A stretch of DNA of 60,883 bases, filler included. It is 5 parts of 5 records of this genome, joined end to end, with 100 filler letters (N's around TTAATTAATTAA, not from the genome) between each part and the next. Parts side by side here need not be neighbours in the genome. Positions count along the whole stretch, not along the records: positions 1 to 7,087 come from SRR20825019_3019; positions 7,188 to 14,951 come from SRR20825019_3021; 3 more parts are not named here. One strand, written 5' to 3'. Shown piece after piece: positions 1-10,387 of the stretch. Position 1 is the first letter of the stretch. Every line of letters starts with the position of its first letter. Both the position numbers and the translations under genes were made by a program. Under the pieces are notes generated by a model, which had not been told where the DNA came from, did not search any database, and saw nothing but the letters and a program-made list of their open reading frames with translations.

Positions 1-87
1 CTCGACCTCGCGGAAGTCCTTGACCAGCGAACGGCCCGCCTTGCGCGCGGCTTTGATCATGATGTTGAGGTTTGCACTGCCAACCAT
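1..87 (-). CDS. suhB: Inositol monophosphatase family protein, N-terminus only (runs off window start)
   Basis: Not in ORF track; hand translation MVGSANLNIMIKAARKAGRSLVKDFREVE is the typical alphaproteobacterial SuhB N-terminus; AGGAGAG RBS upstream. Confidence 0.85.
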   Translation of the reverse strand, partial: MVGSANLNIMIKAARKAGRSLVKDFREVE

Positions 88-239
88 TGGGGACTCTCCT
101 AGAGGGATCAGGCCGCGCGTATACGCGCACTGTTCCAAGATGCCAAGGGCCTGTGCGTATTGTGCCGCGCCGTGGCGTCACGGCTTGCCCCCGCGCGCGC
201 GCAGGTTCACGCTGCGCACAATCAATGGGAGAGAAATCA

Positions 240-1277
240 ATGACCGACCAAATGCACCGTATTACCCTGGCCAGCCGCCCCGACGGCGCGCCGACCGCGG
301 ACAACTTCAAGATGGAAACCGGCCCCGTGCCCACGCCCGGCGAGGGCGAGGTTCTGGTGCGCGTCCACTACATGTCGCTGGACCCCTATATGCGTGGCCG
401 CATGGATGATGCAAAATCCTATGCGGCCCCCGTGCCCATTGGTGGCACCATGGAAGGCGGTGCCGTGGGCGAGGTGATCGCGTCAAACTCGGATGCGTTC
501 AAACCGGGCGATTTCGCCTTTGGCATGTTCGGCTGGGCCACGCACGGCGTGCAGCCCGCGAAAATGCTGCGCAAAGTTGACCCTGCGCACGGACCGATCA
601 CCGCAAGCCTTGGCGTGTTGGGCATGCCGGGGTTCACCGGCTATCACGGGCTGACCGAGATTGGCCGCCCCAAGGCAGGCGAAACGCTGGTTGTGGCCGC
701 CGCCACCGGTCCCGTCGGGTCGATGGTGGGTCAGATCGCCAAAAGCATGGGGCTGCGCACCGTTGGCATCGCAGGCGGGGCTGACAAATGCGAGATGGCC
801 GTCGAGACCTTTGGCTTTGACGCCTGTCTGGACCACCGCGCCTATGACGATGCCAAGGCCCTGCGCGAAGCCTTGAAAGCGGAATGCCCCAAGGGCATCG
901 ACATCTATTTCGAGAATGTCGGCGGCAAGGTGCTGGAGGCGGTCATGCCGATGATGAACCCGCACGGGCGCATCCCGATCTGTGGCATGATCGCCTGGTA
1001 CAACGCGGGCGGTTTGGGGGACGGGGCGAACGCGCCGCTGACCGCGCCAAAGCTGTGGCGGACGATCCTGGTGAATTTCCTGTCTGTTCAGGGCTTTATC
1101 ATTTCGAACCACTGGAACCAGTTCCCCGCCTTCCTGTCCGAGATCGGCCCCAAGGTCGCCAGCGGCGAGATCAAGGTGGTCGAGGATGTGGCCGAAGGGT
1201 TGGAGAATGCACCGCAGGCGTTCATCGGCCTGTTGCAAGGCAAGAACATGGGCAAGCAGATCGTCAAGGTGATCTGA
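240..1277 (+). CDS. NADP-dependent oxidoreductase (MDR family, CurA/prostaglandin reductase-like)
   Basis: ITLASRPDG, SLDPYMRGRM, AATGPVGS and YFENVGG motifs; start placed at MTDQ after GGGAGAG. Confidence 0.9.
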   Translation: MTDQMHRITLASRPDGAPTADNFKMETGPVPTPGEGEVLVRVHYMSLDPYMRGRMDDAKSYAAPVPIGGTMEGGAVGEVIASNSDAFKPGDFAFGMFGWATHGVQPAKMLRKVDPAHGPITASLGVLGMPGFTGYHGLTEIGRPKAGETLVVAAATGPVGSMVGQIAKSMGLRTVGIAGGADKCEMAVETFGFDACLDHRAYDDAKALREALKAECPKGIDIYFENVGGKVLEAVMPMMNPHGRIPICGMIAWYNAGGLGDGANAPLTAPKLWRTILVNFLSVQGFIISNHWNQFPAFLSEIGPKVASGEIKVVEDVAEGLENAPQAFIGLLQGKNMGKQIVKVI

Positions 1278-1311
1278 CGCCTGTGCAGGGGCGGTGCACG
1301 CCGCCCCTGCC

Positions 1312-2217
1312 CTAAGCCTGCTGCAATTTACGCGCCTCGATACGTGCCAGCGAAATCAGCCGCTCCATATAGGGTTTGCCGCGCTCGTCACTGCGCACGG
1401 CGGCATACAGCCTGCGCGTCAGCCCCTTGGCGGTCAGCGGGCGGGTCACATAATCGGATGAGTATTTGACCTCGCGCACCACCCAGTCGGGCAGCACCGA
1501 CACGCCGCGGTTAGAGGCCACCAGCAGCAGAATCACCGCCGTCAGCTCCGCCTGACGCACCGCGGCAGGTTCAACCTTGGCCGGGTTCAACAACTGGCTG
1601 AACACATCCAGACGGCTGCGTTCCACCGGATAGGTGATGAGCGTCTGGTCGCGGAAATCCTCGGCTTCGATATAGGGTTTTGCGGCCAGCGGATTGTCCT
1701 TTGAGGCCACGAAAACCGGGGCGTAATCGAAAAGCTCGATGAATTCGACGCCTGCAAGTTCTTCTGGGTCCGAGGAGACAACCAGATCGACCTCTTCTTT
1801 CAACAAAGCAGGCAGCGCCTCGAAGGCCAGACCGGGGCGGATGTCCACGTCGACATCGGGCCAGTCCTTGCGGAATCGTTCCAGCACCGGAAACAGCCAC
1901 TCAAAGCAGGCGTGACATTCGATGGCGATGTGCATACGCCCCGAACGCCCGTCGCGCAGGCCGCTGAATTCATCCTGCATCGCCTGCACCTGCGGCAAAA
2001 TCTGTTCGGCCAGTCGCAAAAGCCGCAATCCCGCCGCCGACAGCTTCATCGGTTTCGAGCGGCGCACGAACAGTTCAACGCCTGCCTGATCTTCCAACCC
2101 CTTGATCTGATGGGACAAGGCCGATTGCGTGATGTGCAGCTGTTCGGCGGCCTTGGCCAGCCCTCCGGCCTCGTGGATGGCCTTGATCGTGCGCAGGTGG
2201 CGGAATTCAATATGCAT
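1312..2217 (-). CDS. metR: LysR-family regulator MetR
   Basis: LysR HTH (QSALSHQIK) and MetR-typical IAIECHACFEWL; divergent from metF. Confidence 0.9.
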   Translation of the reverse strand: MHIEFRHLRTIKAIHEAGGLAKAAEQLHITQSALSHQIKGLEDQAGVELFVRRSKPMKLSAAGLRLLRLAEQILPQVQAMQDEFSGLRDGRSGRMHIAIECHACFEWLFPVLERFRKDWPDVDVDIRPGLAFEALPALLKEEVDLVVSSDPEELAGVEFIELFDYAPVFVASKDNPLAAKPYIEAEDFRDQTLITYPVERSRLDVFSQLLNPAKVEPAAVRQAELTAVILLLVASNRGVSVLPDWVVREVKYSSDYVTRPLTAKGLTRRLYAAVRSDERGKPYMERLISLARIEARKLQQA

Positions 2218-2245
2218 ACGGAACTCATGTTCATGATGAGAGTTA

Positions 2246-2258
2246 TGAATTTGTCTCA
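2246..2258. promoter_or_regulatory. Putative MetR box
   Basis: TGAATTTGTCTCA, a near match to TGAA-N5-TTCA (T-N11-A), in the metR-metF intergenic region. Confidence 0.5.
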
Positions 2259-2313
2259 CATCACAAAGCATGCGACAAGGCCTCAACACCGCACGCCTGT
2301 AAGGAATTTCAAT

Positions 2314-3171
2314 ATGACCGCCCTTTCATTCGAAGTCTTCCCGCCCAAGTCCATCGACGCAGGGTTTCGCCTGTGGGACACGGTGCAGGCGCTGACGCCG
2401 CTTGAGCCGCGTTTCTTCTCGGTCACTTACGGTGCCGGTGGCAGCACGCAAGACCTGACCCACGAGGCAGCGCAGACCCTGCGCCGGTCCTCGGGCCTGC
2501 CGGTGGCGGCACATCTGACCTGCGTGGGTGCGACCCGCGAAAAGGTTCTGAAAACCGCCGCCAAATTTGCCGATGCCGGGATCACCGACATCGTGGCCCT
2601 GCGCGGTGATCCGGTGGATGGCACCGATTTCCAGCAGGTGGAGGGTGGCTTTGCCAACAGCATCGAACTGGTCGAGGCGCTGGCCGACACAGGCCGGTTC
2701 ACCATCCGCGTGGGCGCCTATCCCGAAAGCCACGCCGACGCCGCAGACAGCGCACAGAACATCGCTTGGCTGAAAGCCAAGATCGATGCAGGTGCGTCCG
2801 AGGCGATCACGCAGTTTTTCTTTGAAGCGGAAACCTTCCTGCGCTTCCGCGACGCCTGCGTCAAAGCGGGCATCACCGCCCCCATCGTGCCGGGCATCCT
2901 GCCGGTGGGCAACTGGACCAGCATCCAGAAATTCGCCAGCCAATGCGGGGCCGATGTGCCGGTGACCCTGGCCCAAGGGTTCGAAAATGCCGCCCGCGAC
3001 GGCAACAGCGACCTCTTCGCCCTGGCCCACTGCACCGAGATGTGTGACGAGCTGCGCGGCGAAGGCGTGGATGCGCTGCATTTCTACACGCTGAACCGCC
3101 CCGACCTGACCCGCGAAGCCTGCCGTGCGCTGGGTCTGATCCCTGCCGCTGCGATGCGCAACGTCGCGTAA
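2314..3171 (+). CDS. metF: 5,10-methylenetetrahydrofolate reductase
   Basis: SFEVFPPK, SVTYGAGG, AHLTCV, ALRGD, AITQFFF and HFYTLN motifs. Confidence 0.95.
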   Translation: MTALSFEVFPPKSIDAGFRLWDTVQALTPLEPRFFSVTYGAGGSTQDLTHEAAQTLRRSSGLPVAAHLTCVGATREKVLKTAAKFADAGITDIVALRGDPVDGTDFQQVEGGFANSIELVEALADTGRFTIRVGAYPESHADAADSAQNIAWLKAKIDAGASEAITQFFFEAETFLRFRDACVKAGITAPIVPGILPVGNWTSIQKFASQCGADVPVTLAQGFENAARDGNSDLFALAHCTEMCDELRGEGVDALHFYTLNRPDLTREACRALGLIPAAAMRNVA

Positions 3172-3228
3172 GGCTTGGCAAAGCGGGCGGGCGTTTCTAG
3201 CTTCGGGCAGCCAACCGGAGAAACGCCC

Positions 3229-3711
3229 ATGCCCCGCATCGCCAAACGTCCCGAAGACCTTTTGAGCCTCGATGAGTTGAAAAAACTCTCGGGGCTTGAA
3301 TTCATTCAGGGGATGATGGACGGCACCCTGCCCGGCCCGCCCATCGGCGAGACCCTGAACTATAGCCTGCACGCAGTCGAAAAAGGCCGGGTCGTGTTTC
3401 GCGGATCGCCCCAGTTCGCGGCCACCAACCCCTTGGGCACGGTGCACGGCGGCTGGTATGGCACATTGCTGGACAGCGCGATGGCCTGCGCGGTACAGAC
3501 CTGCATTCCGCGTGGCTCGATCTATACGACGTTGGAATACAAGATCAACATCACCCGCGCGATCCCGCTGGGCATGGTGATCGACTGCATCGGCGCGGTG
3601 GATCACGTTGGGCGTTCCACCGGCGTGTCCAAGGCCGAGATTCGCGGTGTCGAGGATGGCAAGCTCTATGCCACCGGATCAACGACCTGCATCATCATGA
3701 GTGCGGGTTAA
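3229..3711 (+). CDS. PaaI family thioesterase
   Basis: NPLGTVHGG..TLLDSAM hotdog-fold motif. Confidence 0.9.
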   Translation: MPRIAKRPEDLLSLDELKKLSGLEFIQGMMDGTLPGPPIGETLNYSLHAVEKGRVVFRGSPQFAATNPLGTVHGGWYGTLLDSAMACAVQTCIPRGSIYTTLEYKINITRAIPLGMVIDCIGAVDHVGRSTGVSKAEIRGVEDGKLYATGSTTCIIMSAG

Positions 3712-3821
3712 GCCAGAGCTCACCACGGTGGTCCTCGCGCCCCGGGCCTGATGGCTGGCGCGGACGCCACGCATCTTTTTCCCTGCTTGCCCGCCCTTCG
3801 GGTATTTGCGAGAGAGTCGGC

Positions 3822-4505
3822 ATGGATCACACCCGCACCCTTGCAGACCAGACGCCCAGCCGCGCCGAACTGGAGAACATCTTTTCGCAAGGCCACCGCG
3901 CGTCCCTTGAAAACTGCGATCTGAGCGGGCTGAACCTGTCCGATCTTGACCTATCGGGATCGCAGTTCACGGGCTGCAAACTGGCGCGCACCGCTTTCAA
4001 TGGCACACGGCTTGACGAGGTGCGATTTGCCAATTGCCGCGCGGCTGGGGCCAGTTTTGTCGGGGCCAATCTGCAAGAGGCCACAATTGAGGGCGGGGAT
4101 TTCAGCAACACCAGCTTTCGCGCGGCGACGCTGAATGCAACCAGAATCCTGAACTGCAAGATGACGGGCTCGGACTTCACCGATGCGAAAACGCTGGGCT
4201 TTTCCATCGAGGGCGTTTTGCTGGTGCTTGCGGTCCTGCCGCGCATGTCCTTTCGCAAGATGACCCTGAAAGAGGTGGATTTCACCGACGCCGACCTGCG
4301 GTCCTGTGATTTCCGAGAGGCGGTTTTCGAGGAGTGTTCGCTGCGCGACGCGCATCTGCCGGAGTGCCGGTTCGAAGGGGCAGACCTGCGCGGGGCGGAT
4401 TTGGGCGGGGTCCGGCTGACCGATGCGCGGCTGTTCAAGGGGGCGGTTATTTCCAAGCATCAGGCGGCTGACCTGCTGGGGCAGCTTGGGTTGACGGTTC
4501 TTTAG
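3822..4505 (+). CDS. Pentapeptide repeat protein
   Basis: Nearly continuous A/C-D/N-L/F-x-x repeats (CDLSGLNLSDLDLSG, ADLRGADLGG). Confidence 0.9.
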   Translation: MDHTRTLADQTPSRAELENIFSQGHRASLENCDLSGLNLSDLDLSGSQFTGCKLARTAFNGTRLDEVRFANCRAAGASFVGANLQEATIEGGDFSNTSFRAATLNATRILNCKMTGSDFTDAKTLGFSIEGVLLVLAVLPRMSFRKMTLKEVDFTDADLRSCDFREAVFEECSLRDAHLPECRFEGADLRGADLGGVRLTDARLFKGAVISKHQAADLLGQLGLTVL

Positions 4506-4577
4506 GGTAAGGACCCCTTCCCTTCCCGATCAACGGCTGTCAAACTTTTGGCCGCAACAACAGCCAAGGCGAACACG

Positions 4578-5303
4578 TTGAAACTGAACCTGACCCATGT
4601 GCGCGGTGCGCGCGGTTCCACTCATGATCTGATCCTAAGCTACAACGCGGTTCAGGCTGCGTTTAACGCAGAGCACAAGACCCTGTTTCACCGGATCGAA
4701 AATGCGATTCAGCAGACCGGCGAAAAAGGCAAGATGCCGTTGTGGGAAGGCTATGAGCAGATCCCGGAATACGTGCAAAGCACCGGCCCGGGCGCACGGC
4801 GCAGCATGACCCAGGTCAGGACGGGGCAAGGGATTTGCCAGTTTTACACCTGGTTGGCCGTTCAACGGCAGCCCGAAACGATATTGGAATTCGGCGCAGC
4901 CTTTGGGGCCAGTGGCATGTATTGGCTGGCGGGGTTGGGAATTGCGGAGAGTGGCCAGTTGGTCAGCTTCGAGCCGAACGCGCAATGGTGTGACATTGCC
5001 CGCGCGAACTTTGACTTGGTGAACGACCGCCATGTTCTGACCGCGGGCACGTTTGAGGAGAATACGGCGCTGGTGTCGCCGGCAGCGGGGATCACGTTGA
5101 TTGATGCGATCCACACCAAATCCGTGGTTCTGGCGCAATTCGAGCTGGTCAAACAGGTCAGCGCGCCCGGCGCCTTGGTCATTTTCGACGATTTGAATTT
5201 CTCGGACGATATGTGGGCGTGCTGGCAAGAGGTTTGCGCCGCAAGCGACGTTGCCGCCGCATGGCAAATCGGCAAGCGGGTAGGAATTGTGGAACTGCGC
5301 TGA
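4578..5303 (+). CDS. Class I SAM-dependent methyltransferase
   Basis: ILEFGAAFGASG motif I, IDAIH, IFDD; TTG start uncertain. Confidence 0.8.
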   Translation: MKLNLTHVRGARGSTHDLILSYNAVQAAFNAEHKTLFHRIENAIQQTGEKGKMPLWEGYEQIPEYVQSTGPGARRSMTQVRTGQGICQFYTWLAVQRQPETILEFGAAFGASGMYWLAGLGIAESGQLVSFEPNAQWCDIARANFDLVNDRHVLTAGTFEENTALVSPAAGITLIDAIHTKSVVLAQFELVKQVSAPGALVIFDDLNFSDDMWACWQEVCAASDVAAAWQIGKRVGIVELR

Positions 5304-5312
5304 GGCCGCAGG

Positions 5313-5861
5313 TTAAGGCAATGGCAGATTTGACGGCAAAAACTCCACCGCTTTGTCGTCCACGGGCGCGGTCACGCCGGTCAGGGTGATCGTCGCGCCG
5401 GTCGACAGGGTGATGACCACGCCGTGATCGGTCATGTGCTGGGTGGCTATGGACAATCGTTCGGGTTGGTCTGCCGCGACGACGATGCAGTCGGTGGCCG
5501 GGTCGAAGTGATCGACGGTCGTGTTGCCGGTGCTGTCCTGCGCTGCAGCCGGTGTGTCGGTTAGAGGTTCGGCCATGATGCCCGCCGCCTCGTTCGGTTC
5601 CGCTTCGACGAAGGTCACCGCATCTTCGGGGATCATCGCGCCCTGCCCTTCGAGCAGCACGGCCTCGCCGGTGGAGAAGGTGACCCACAGCCCGGCAGGC
5701 GTGACCCGCTGGCCGGTGATGGCCGCGTCGACGCCCGGTGGCACCTCGATCAGCAGCACGTCCTCGGCGGCGTCAAAGCCTGCGATGGTGCTGTGCGGTG
5801 CGACCACGGGGGCGCCAATGGGCGGGATCAGCGCGTCGGTGTCAGTGCTGTGATCTCTCAT
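5313..5861 (-). CDS. Hypothetical protein with two tandem ~55-aa repeats resembling RTX/T1SS C-terminal domains
   Basis: TIAGFDAAEDVLLI...VTFSTGEAVLLEG versus TVDHFDPATDCIVV...ITLSTGATITLTG. Confidence 0.6.
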   Translation of the reverse strand: MRDHSTDTDALIPPIGAPVVAPHSTIAGFDAAEDVLLIEVPPGVDAAITGQRVTPAGLWVTFSTGEAVLLEGQGAMIPEDAVTFVEAEPNEAAGIMAEPLTDTPAAAQDSTGNTTVDHFDPATDCIVVAADQPERLSIATQHMTDHGVVITLSTGATITLTGVTAPVDDKAVEFLPSNLPLP

Positions 5862-5975
5862 GTCGCCGGTGCCTCTGGACGGGTCCGCGCCTGTGCGGTC
5901 GGACACAGCTTAGCGCGAAACGCGGGCCATTTCACCAGCGCAGCCACAGAAACAGCATGTTTCCGCAAACAGACC

Positions 5976-6656
5976 TCAGGTGGAGAGCCTGCCTGCATCC
6001 ATCCGCACCACGCGGTCCATACGCGCCGCCAGCTCCATGTTGTGCGTGGCGATCAGCGCAGACAGGCCGGTGCCGCGCACCAGCTCCATCAGCGCGCCAA
6101 AGACCTGATCGGATGTTTCGGGGTCCAGGTTGCCGGTGGGCTCATCCGCCAGCAACAGGCGCGGTGCGTTGGCCAGCGCACGGCAGAACGCCACCCGCTG
6201 CTGTTCACCACCCGACAGGGCCGCGGGGCGGTGATCGGCGCGCGGGGCGATGCCGACGCGGTCCAGCAGGTCGCGCGCGCGCGCCTCGGCCGCCTTGCGG
6301 GCGGTGCCTGCGGCCAGTTGCGGCAGCACGATGTTTTCCAGCGCCGAAAACTCGGGCAGCAGGTGGTGGAACTGGTAGATGAACCCGATGTCGGACCGCC
6401 GCGCGGCGGTGCGTTTGCGGTCGGAAAGGCCGGTCATGTCCTGCCCCGCAAGGCTGACCGTGCCGGTGTCGGGCACGTCCAGCAGGCCCGCGATGTGCAG
6501 CATGGTGGATTTGCCTGCCCCCGAGGGGGCAACCAACGCCACGACTTCGCCCGCGTTCACGGTCAGGTCGACGCCGCGCAGCACCTGCACCTCGCCGGGC
6601 AGGCCGGTGTTATAGGTCTTGTGCAGGCCTTGCAGGTGCAAAACAGGATCACTCAT
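5976..6656 (-). CDS. lolD: Lipoprotein-releasing ABC transporter ATP-binding protein
   Basis: APSGAGKS Walker [20 protein letters not shown]; follows a lolC/E-type permease. Confidence 0.9.
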   Translation of the reverse strand: MSDPVLHLQGLHKTYNTGLPGEVQVLRGVDLTVNAGEVVALVAPSGAGKSTMLHIAGLLDVPDTGTVSLAGQDMTGLSDRKRTAARRSDIGFIYQFHHLLPEFSALENIVLPQLAAGTARKAAEARARDLLDRVGIAPRADHRPAALSGGEQQRVAFCRALANAPRLLLADEPTGNLDPETSDQVFGALMELVRGTGLSALIATHNMELAARMDRVVRMDAGRLST

Positions 6657-7087
6657 AACGCAGCGCCTCGACAGGGTTCATTCGCGCCGCACGGCGGGCG
6701 GGGAATATGGTGACGATGAACGACAGGCCCAGCGACAGGCCCACGGCCTTGAGCACGTCCGACAGGTTCAACTGTGCGGGCAGCGCGTAAATGCCGCGAA
6801 TGGACGGGTCCCAGACGCCGCCGCCCATCACCACGTTCACGAAGGAAAAGATCGGGTCGATGTAGATGGCAAAGAGACAGCCAAGGATCACGCCCAGCGC
6901 CGTGCCAATCAGGCCGGTGAAGGCGCCGCAGATGAAGAACACCCGCAGGATGGACCCTTCGCTGAGGCCGATGGTGCGCAGGATGCCGATGTCGCGGCCC
7001 TTGTTTTTCACCAGCATGATCAGCCCCGACACGATGTTCATCGCGGCGATCAGCACGAGGATCGACAGGATGATGAACATCACGTTG
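6649..7087 (-). CDS. Lipoprotein-releasing ABC transporter permease LolC/E, C-terminal part (5' truncated by gap)
   Basis: [28 protein letters not shown] and [17 protein letters not shown]. Confidence 0.9.
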
Positions 7088-7187
7088 NNNNNNNNNNNNN
7101 NNNNNNNNNNNNNNNNNNNNNNNNNNNNNNNTTAATTAATTAANNNNNNNNNNNNNNNNNNNNNNNNNNNNNNNNNNNNNNNNNNNN
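7088..7187. other. Artificial contig linker
   Basis: 100-nt N run with central TTAATTAATTAA. Confidence 0.97.
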
Positions 7188-7287
7188 TGGCAAAGCGCGG
7201 CCGCCCGGCCAACTGGTGCGGCTTTCCTATACGAGACGACCGGGAATTACCATCACAATATCGTCGTTTATCCTTGCTCAGAAATGA

Positions 7288-8475
7288 TCACTGAAATGCC
7301 GGCGCGAAATCGACCGGATAGTTTTCATCTTTCAGTGTTCCACGATGCATCAAAATGGCACCGAGACGGCCGATCTCATCAGAGCTTTTCGCCCCCGCCC
7401 CGCACCCGGCGGTCAACACTGCGACACGGCTTGACGGCACAAAGCCGATCATCGGATAGCCGGATGGTGAATAGGATGTCACGCAGGTACCTGTCTTGGT
7501 ATTGAGAACACGGATGCCGGGCATGAGATCGCAAATGATCCGCGTCAGATGTTCGCGCGTCGCGTTCTGTCCTTCTGCGCGAAACCAGTGCCTGACAGCC
7601 GCTTCTGTCTTCAAAGGCAGGTTATCGGGGTCACCACCTATCTTGAGATAGAGCCGTCCGTCGGGATAACGGATCGGCGGAAGCAGATAAATACCACCGT
7701 CGCTCGGGCCAGGCTTATAGATCAGGCTTGGCATACCAGCGAGCGCTTCAGCCTCATCTTCATCAATTTCAAAAAACGCCACTGTACGGGCGAACACATG
7801 CAGATCGACTTTACGCGGCAGCAGCTTGTCGTTGATGGTGAAACCACCCGCGGCAACCAGCACATGCTCAGCCGTGTAAACCGCACCGCTACCGACCTCG
7901 ACAACGACATGCTCTGCTTTTTCGTGCACTTGCGTCACAGTTTCGACAATCACCGTTGCTCCGGCGTTTCCGGCCAGAAGCGATTGAGCAGCCACCATGC
8001 GGCGCGGCGAAATATGTCCGGCACTTTGCGTCTCATAGAGACCTTCGGAGGCACCTGCAAATTCGAAATAGGGAAACCACCGCGCAAGTGCTGTTTCGTC
8101 CAGCCTTTCCGGCGTCACCCCGCAGCTTGCGGCCGCGCTGATCACGGCCTCGATATAGCGACTGCACGACCTCGAAGGTGCAGCAATCAGTGCGCCGACC
8201 TCACTGTAGAAGTCGATCCCGCTTTCATGCTCTATCTCCCGGTAGCGCGCAATCGATCGGTTGGCGAGTTCGGCCCAGACCGGATCGCGGTCGATCGTCC
8301 GGGTGATACGGCCTTCGTCGTAATGGCTCGCGAAAACACCCTCATGGCTGGCCTTGTCCAGTGGCTCATCAGGCCCGATAACGGCTACACCGTCCGTCAT
8401 GGATGCAAGGTGCCGGGCGGCAGCGCTTCCCATCAACCCCCGACCAATAATGATTATTCTGAAATGTTGCGCCAT
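7288..8475 (-). CDS. FAD-dependent oxidoreductase (monomeric sarcosine oxidase/DAO family)
   Basis: IIGRGLMGSAAA dinucleotide-binding motif, SHYDEGRITR, GAGAKSSDEIG. Confidence 0.85.
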   Translation of the reverse strand: MAQHFRIIIIGRGLMGSAAARHLASMTDGVAVIGPDEPLDKASHEGVFASHYDEGRITRTIDRDPVWAELANRSIARYREIEHESGIDFYSEVGALIAAPSRSCSRYIEAVISAAASCGVTPERLDETALARWFPYFEFAGASEGLYETQSAGHISPRRMVAAQSLLAGNAGATVIVETVTQVHEKAEHVVVEVGSGAVYTAEHVLVAAGGFTINDKLLPRKVDLHVFARTVAFFEIDEDEAEALAGMPSLIYKPGPSDGGIYLLPPIRYPDGRLYLKIGGDPDNLPLKTEAAVRHWFRAEGQNATREHLTRIICDLMPGIRVLNTKTGTCVTSYSPSGYPMIGFVPSSRVAVLTAGCGAGAKSSDEIGRLGAILMHRGTLKDENYPVDFAPAFQ

Positions 8476-8565
8476 CCTCACCTTCCCACCAATCGGGATC
8501 GACGCCACCCTCTGCCGGGCACACACGATCACCTTTCAAAACCGCAATGGCCCTGCTGCCTGGTT

Positions 8566-9225
8566 TCAGCGCTCTGCATCGTAAAGAACGAAAATCGTAT
8601 CGGAAAGCGATTCCGCCGGATTATCAAGATTAGCCTCGTAAACCGGATCAATTGCGTAGTACTTCAGCACAAACCGCCCTTCATTCAGTTCCCAGTGTCC
8701 CGCAGAAAAGGCATCACCAAGTCCGCGCCACTTCTCAAACGTCGAAATCGTATTGGTTTCGGCATCAAAAACCGGATTGATCAGCAATGTATCGGCCTGA
8801 AAGCCACTGACGGCCGGATCAGTCTTCAGCCGGGTGTTTGTGGTATCGCCATCGGCATATTCAACACTATAGGTTGGCGAGGCAAATGAGACCAGTGCCA
8901 TATCCTTATCTTTTCCCGCCCCGGAGGCGAACACATAGGCCGCGACAAGATTATAGGCACCGGCATAACAGTTGACTTCGTATAGCTTTCCGTGACGTTC
9001 CACCGGCGCGCCGTCGTAATCGGTTTCCATCCAGGAAACAGAATACTGACGGTCGGAATCGCCGGAAAACATATCCAGATTGCACATATCCGGGTTTGCG
9101 CTGACAACGATCTCGCGCGCCCTCGCCAGGTCATCATCCTCGGCCAGAACCGGAATGGCAAATCCGCAAAAAACTGCGCCCGAAAGCAATACCGGGAACG
9201 CCAAAGTTCTATTGAGGGGAACCAT
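8566..9225 (-). CDS. Exported protein, DUF1176-like
   Basis: Signal peptide, CYAGAYN and KWRGLGD motifs. Confidence 0.7.
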   Translation of the reverse strand: MVPLNRTLAFPVLLSGAVFCGFAIPVLAEDDDLARAREIVVSANPDMCNLDMFSGDSDRQYSVSWMETDYDGAPVERHGKLYEVNCYAGAYNLVAAYVFASGAGKDKDMALVSFASPTYSVEYADGDTTNTRLKTDPAVSGFQADTLLINPVFDAETNTISTFEKWRGLGDAFSAGHWELNEGRFVLKYYAIDPVYEANLDNPAESLSDTIFVLYDAER

Positions 9226-9226
9226 A

Positions 9227-9937
9227 TCAGGCCGCCTTGCGCTCGCGTTCGATCTCTTCATAAGCTGCATTGATCATCGCCATACGATCATTGGCAGCGG
9301 CGTGAAACTCTTTCGGTACGCCCCGCGCAATCAGCTTGTCGGGGTGGTTTTCCGCCACCAGAGAACGATAACGGCTGCGGATCGTGGAGAAATCATCCGA
9401 GCGCTTAACCCCCAGAACCCGGTAAGGGTCATTCGGGCCACGATCAATGTGCCGTGCACAGATCGCCTTGAAACGGACTTCACTGATCCCGAATATTTCT
9501 GCAACGCGGGCCAGGAACTCCAGTTCGTTTTCGTGCACTGCGCCATCGGCCTTGGCGATGTGAAACAGTCCATCGATCACTTCCTCAAGGATAGGACAAC
9601 CTTCTTCACCTCCTGCACAAAGACCTTTGAGCTTCTGCGCATAAGCTTCATACCCGGCAACATCCTGCCGTGCGAGATTGTAAAGGCGGGCAACGTTGCC
9701 ACGCTCCTTGTCCGGGATCTCAAAAATTTCGTGAAATGCGTTGACCTCTTCCATCGTGACGAAACCATCGGCTTTTGCCATCTTGGCGGAAAGCGCAATC
9801 AGCGAGACGGAGAACGCAACCTGGCGCCGCGTTTCGGGGTCACCTTCAAAAAGCGTGCGCACGGCCTCGACCACGCCGGTCAGAACACTGCCGGCCGACT
9901 GGCTCACAAAATTCACCAGCTTTTCCCAGAAAGACAT
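9227..9937 (-). CDS. djlA: DjlA-like co-chaperone (TerB domain plus J domain)
   Basis: AKMAKADG TerB motif; DPYRVLGV...HPD J domain. Confidence 0.85.
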   Translation of the reverse strand: MSFWEKLVNFVSQSAGSVLTGVVEAVRTLFEGDPETRRQVAFSVSLIALSAKMAKADGFVTMEEVNAFHEIFEIPDKERGNVARLYNLARQDVAGYEAYAQKLKGLCAGGEEGCPILEEVIDGLFHIAKADGAVHENELEFLARVAEIFGISEVRFKAICARHIDRGPNDPYRVLGVKRSDDFSTIRSRYRSLVAENHPDKLIARGVPKEFHAAANDRMAMINAAYEEIERERKAA

Positions 9938-10387
9938 CAGGCGCACTCCTTCATTCTGGTCTAACGCAGAAAACCCGCCATCAGATTGAACAGTTTTATG
10001 TTTTTATGCAAGTCGAACCGATCGGTTCAATTTCAACTTTCCGCGACCACTTCATGAGATCCAACCTTCGTCGCAGCGCTCTTTTCATGACTTCGTATCC
10101 CCGGCAACCCCTTACAAAAATTTCCAATCGCGGCACACCGATTATCTTCATTCACGCGGAGGCCGCCAGACAAAAGCGTTTCAAAGCTGGAGGAAGGCCA
10201 GTAATTCAGGCTGTTTTCCGGTCGGGCTTCATCGCATCGGCAACATTGCGGCATCATTGATTTCTGCGCTGGGCATGACCCGGAACGACTATTTTCTTCA
10301 CCTGCAGGCTTTACAGCGGCAGCGCTCCTGTCGCATCCATGTCGCATACTGTATGAATAATTCCACCGTTTTGATGGAAGGATGAAA

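Noticed and set aside
1912-2313. Long N-terminal extension of MetF (419-aa ORF)
   Set aside because: Overlaps metR on the opposite strand; family homology begins at 2314.
2326-3606. Long antisense ORFs (also 483-1238, 7549-8889, 9080-9964, 58373-59437, 59618-60427)
   Set aside because: Shadow frames of well-supported genes in GC-rich DNA, with no motifs of their own
7131-7143. TTAATTAATTAA palindrome repeated four times
   Set aside because: Assembly spacer with stops in all frames, embedded in N runs
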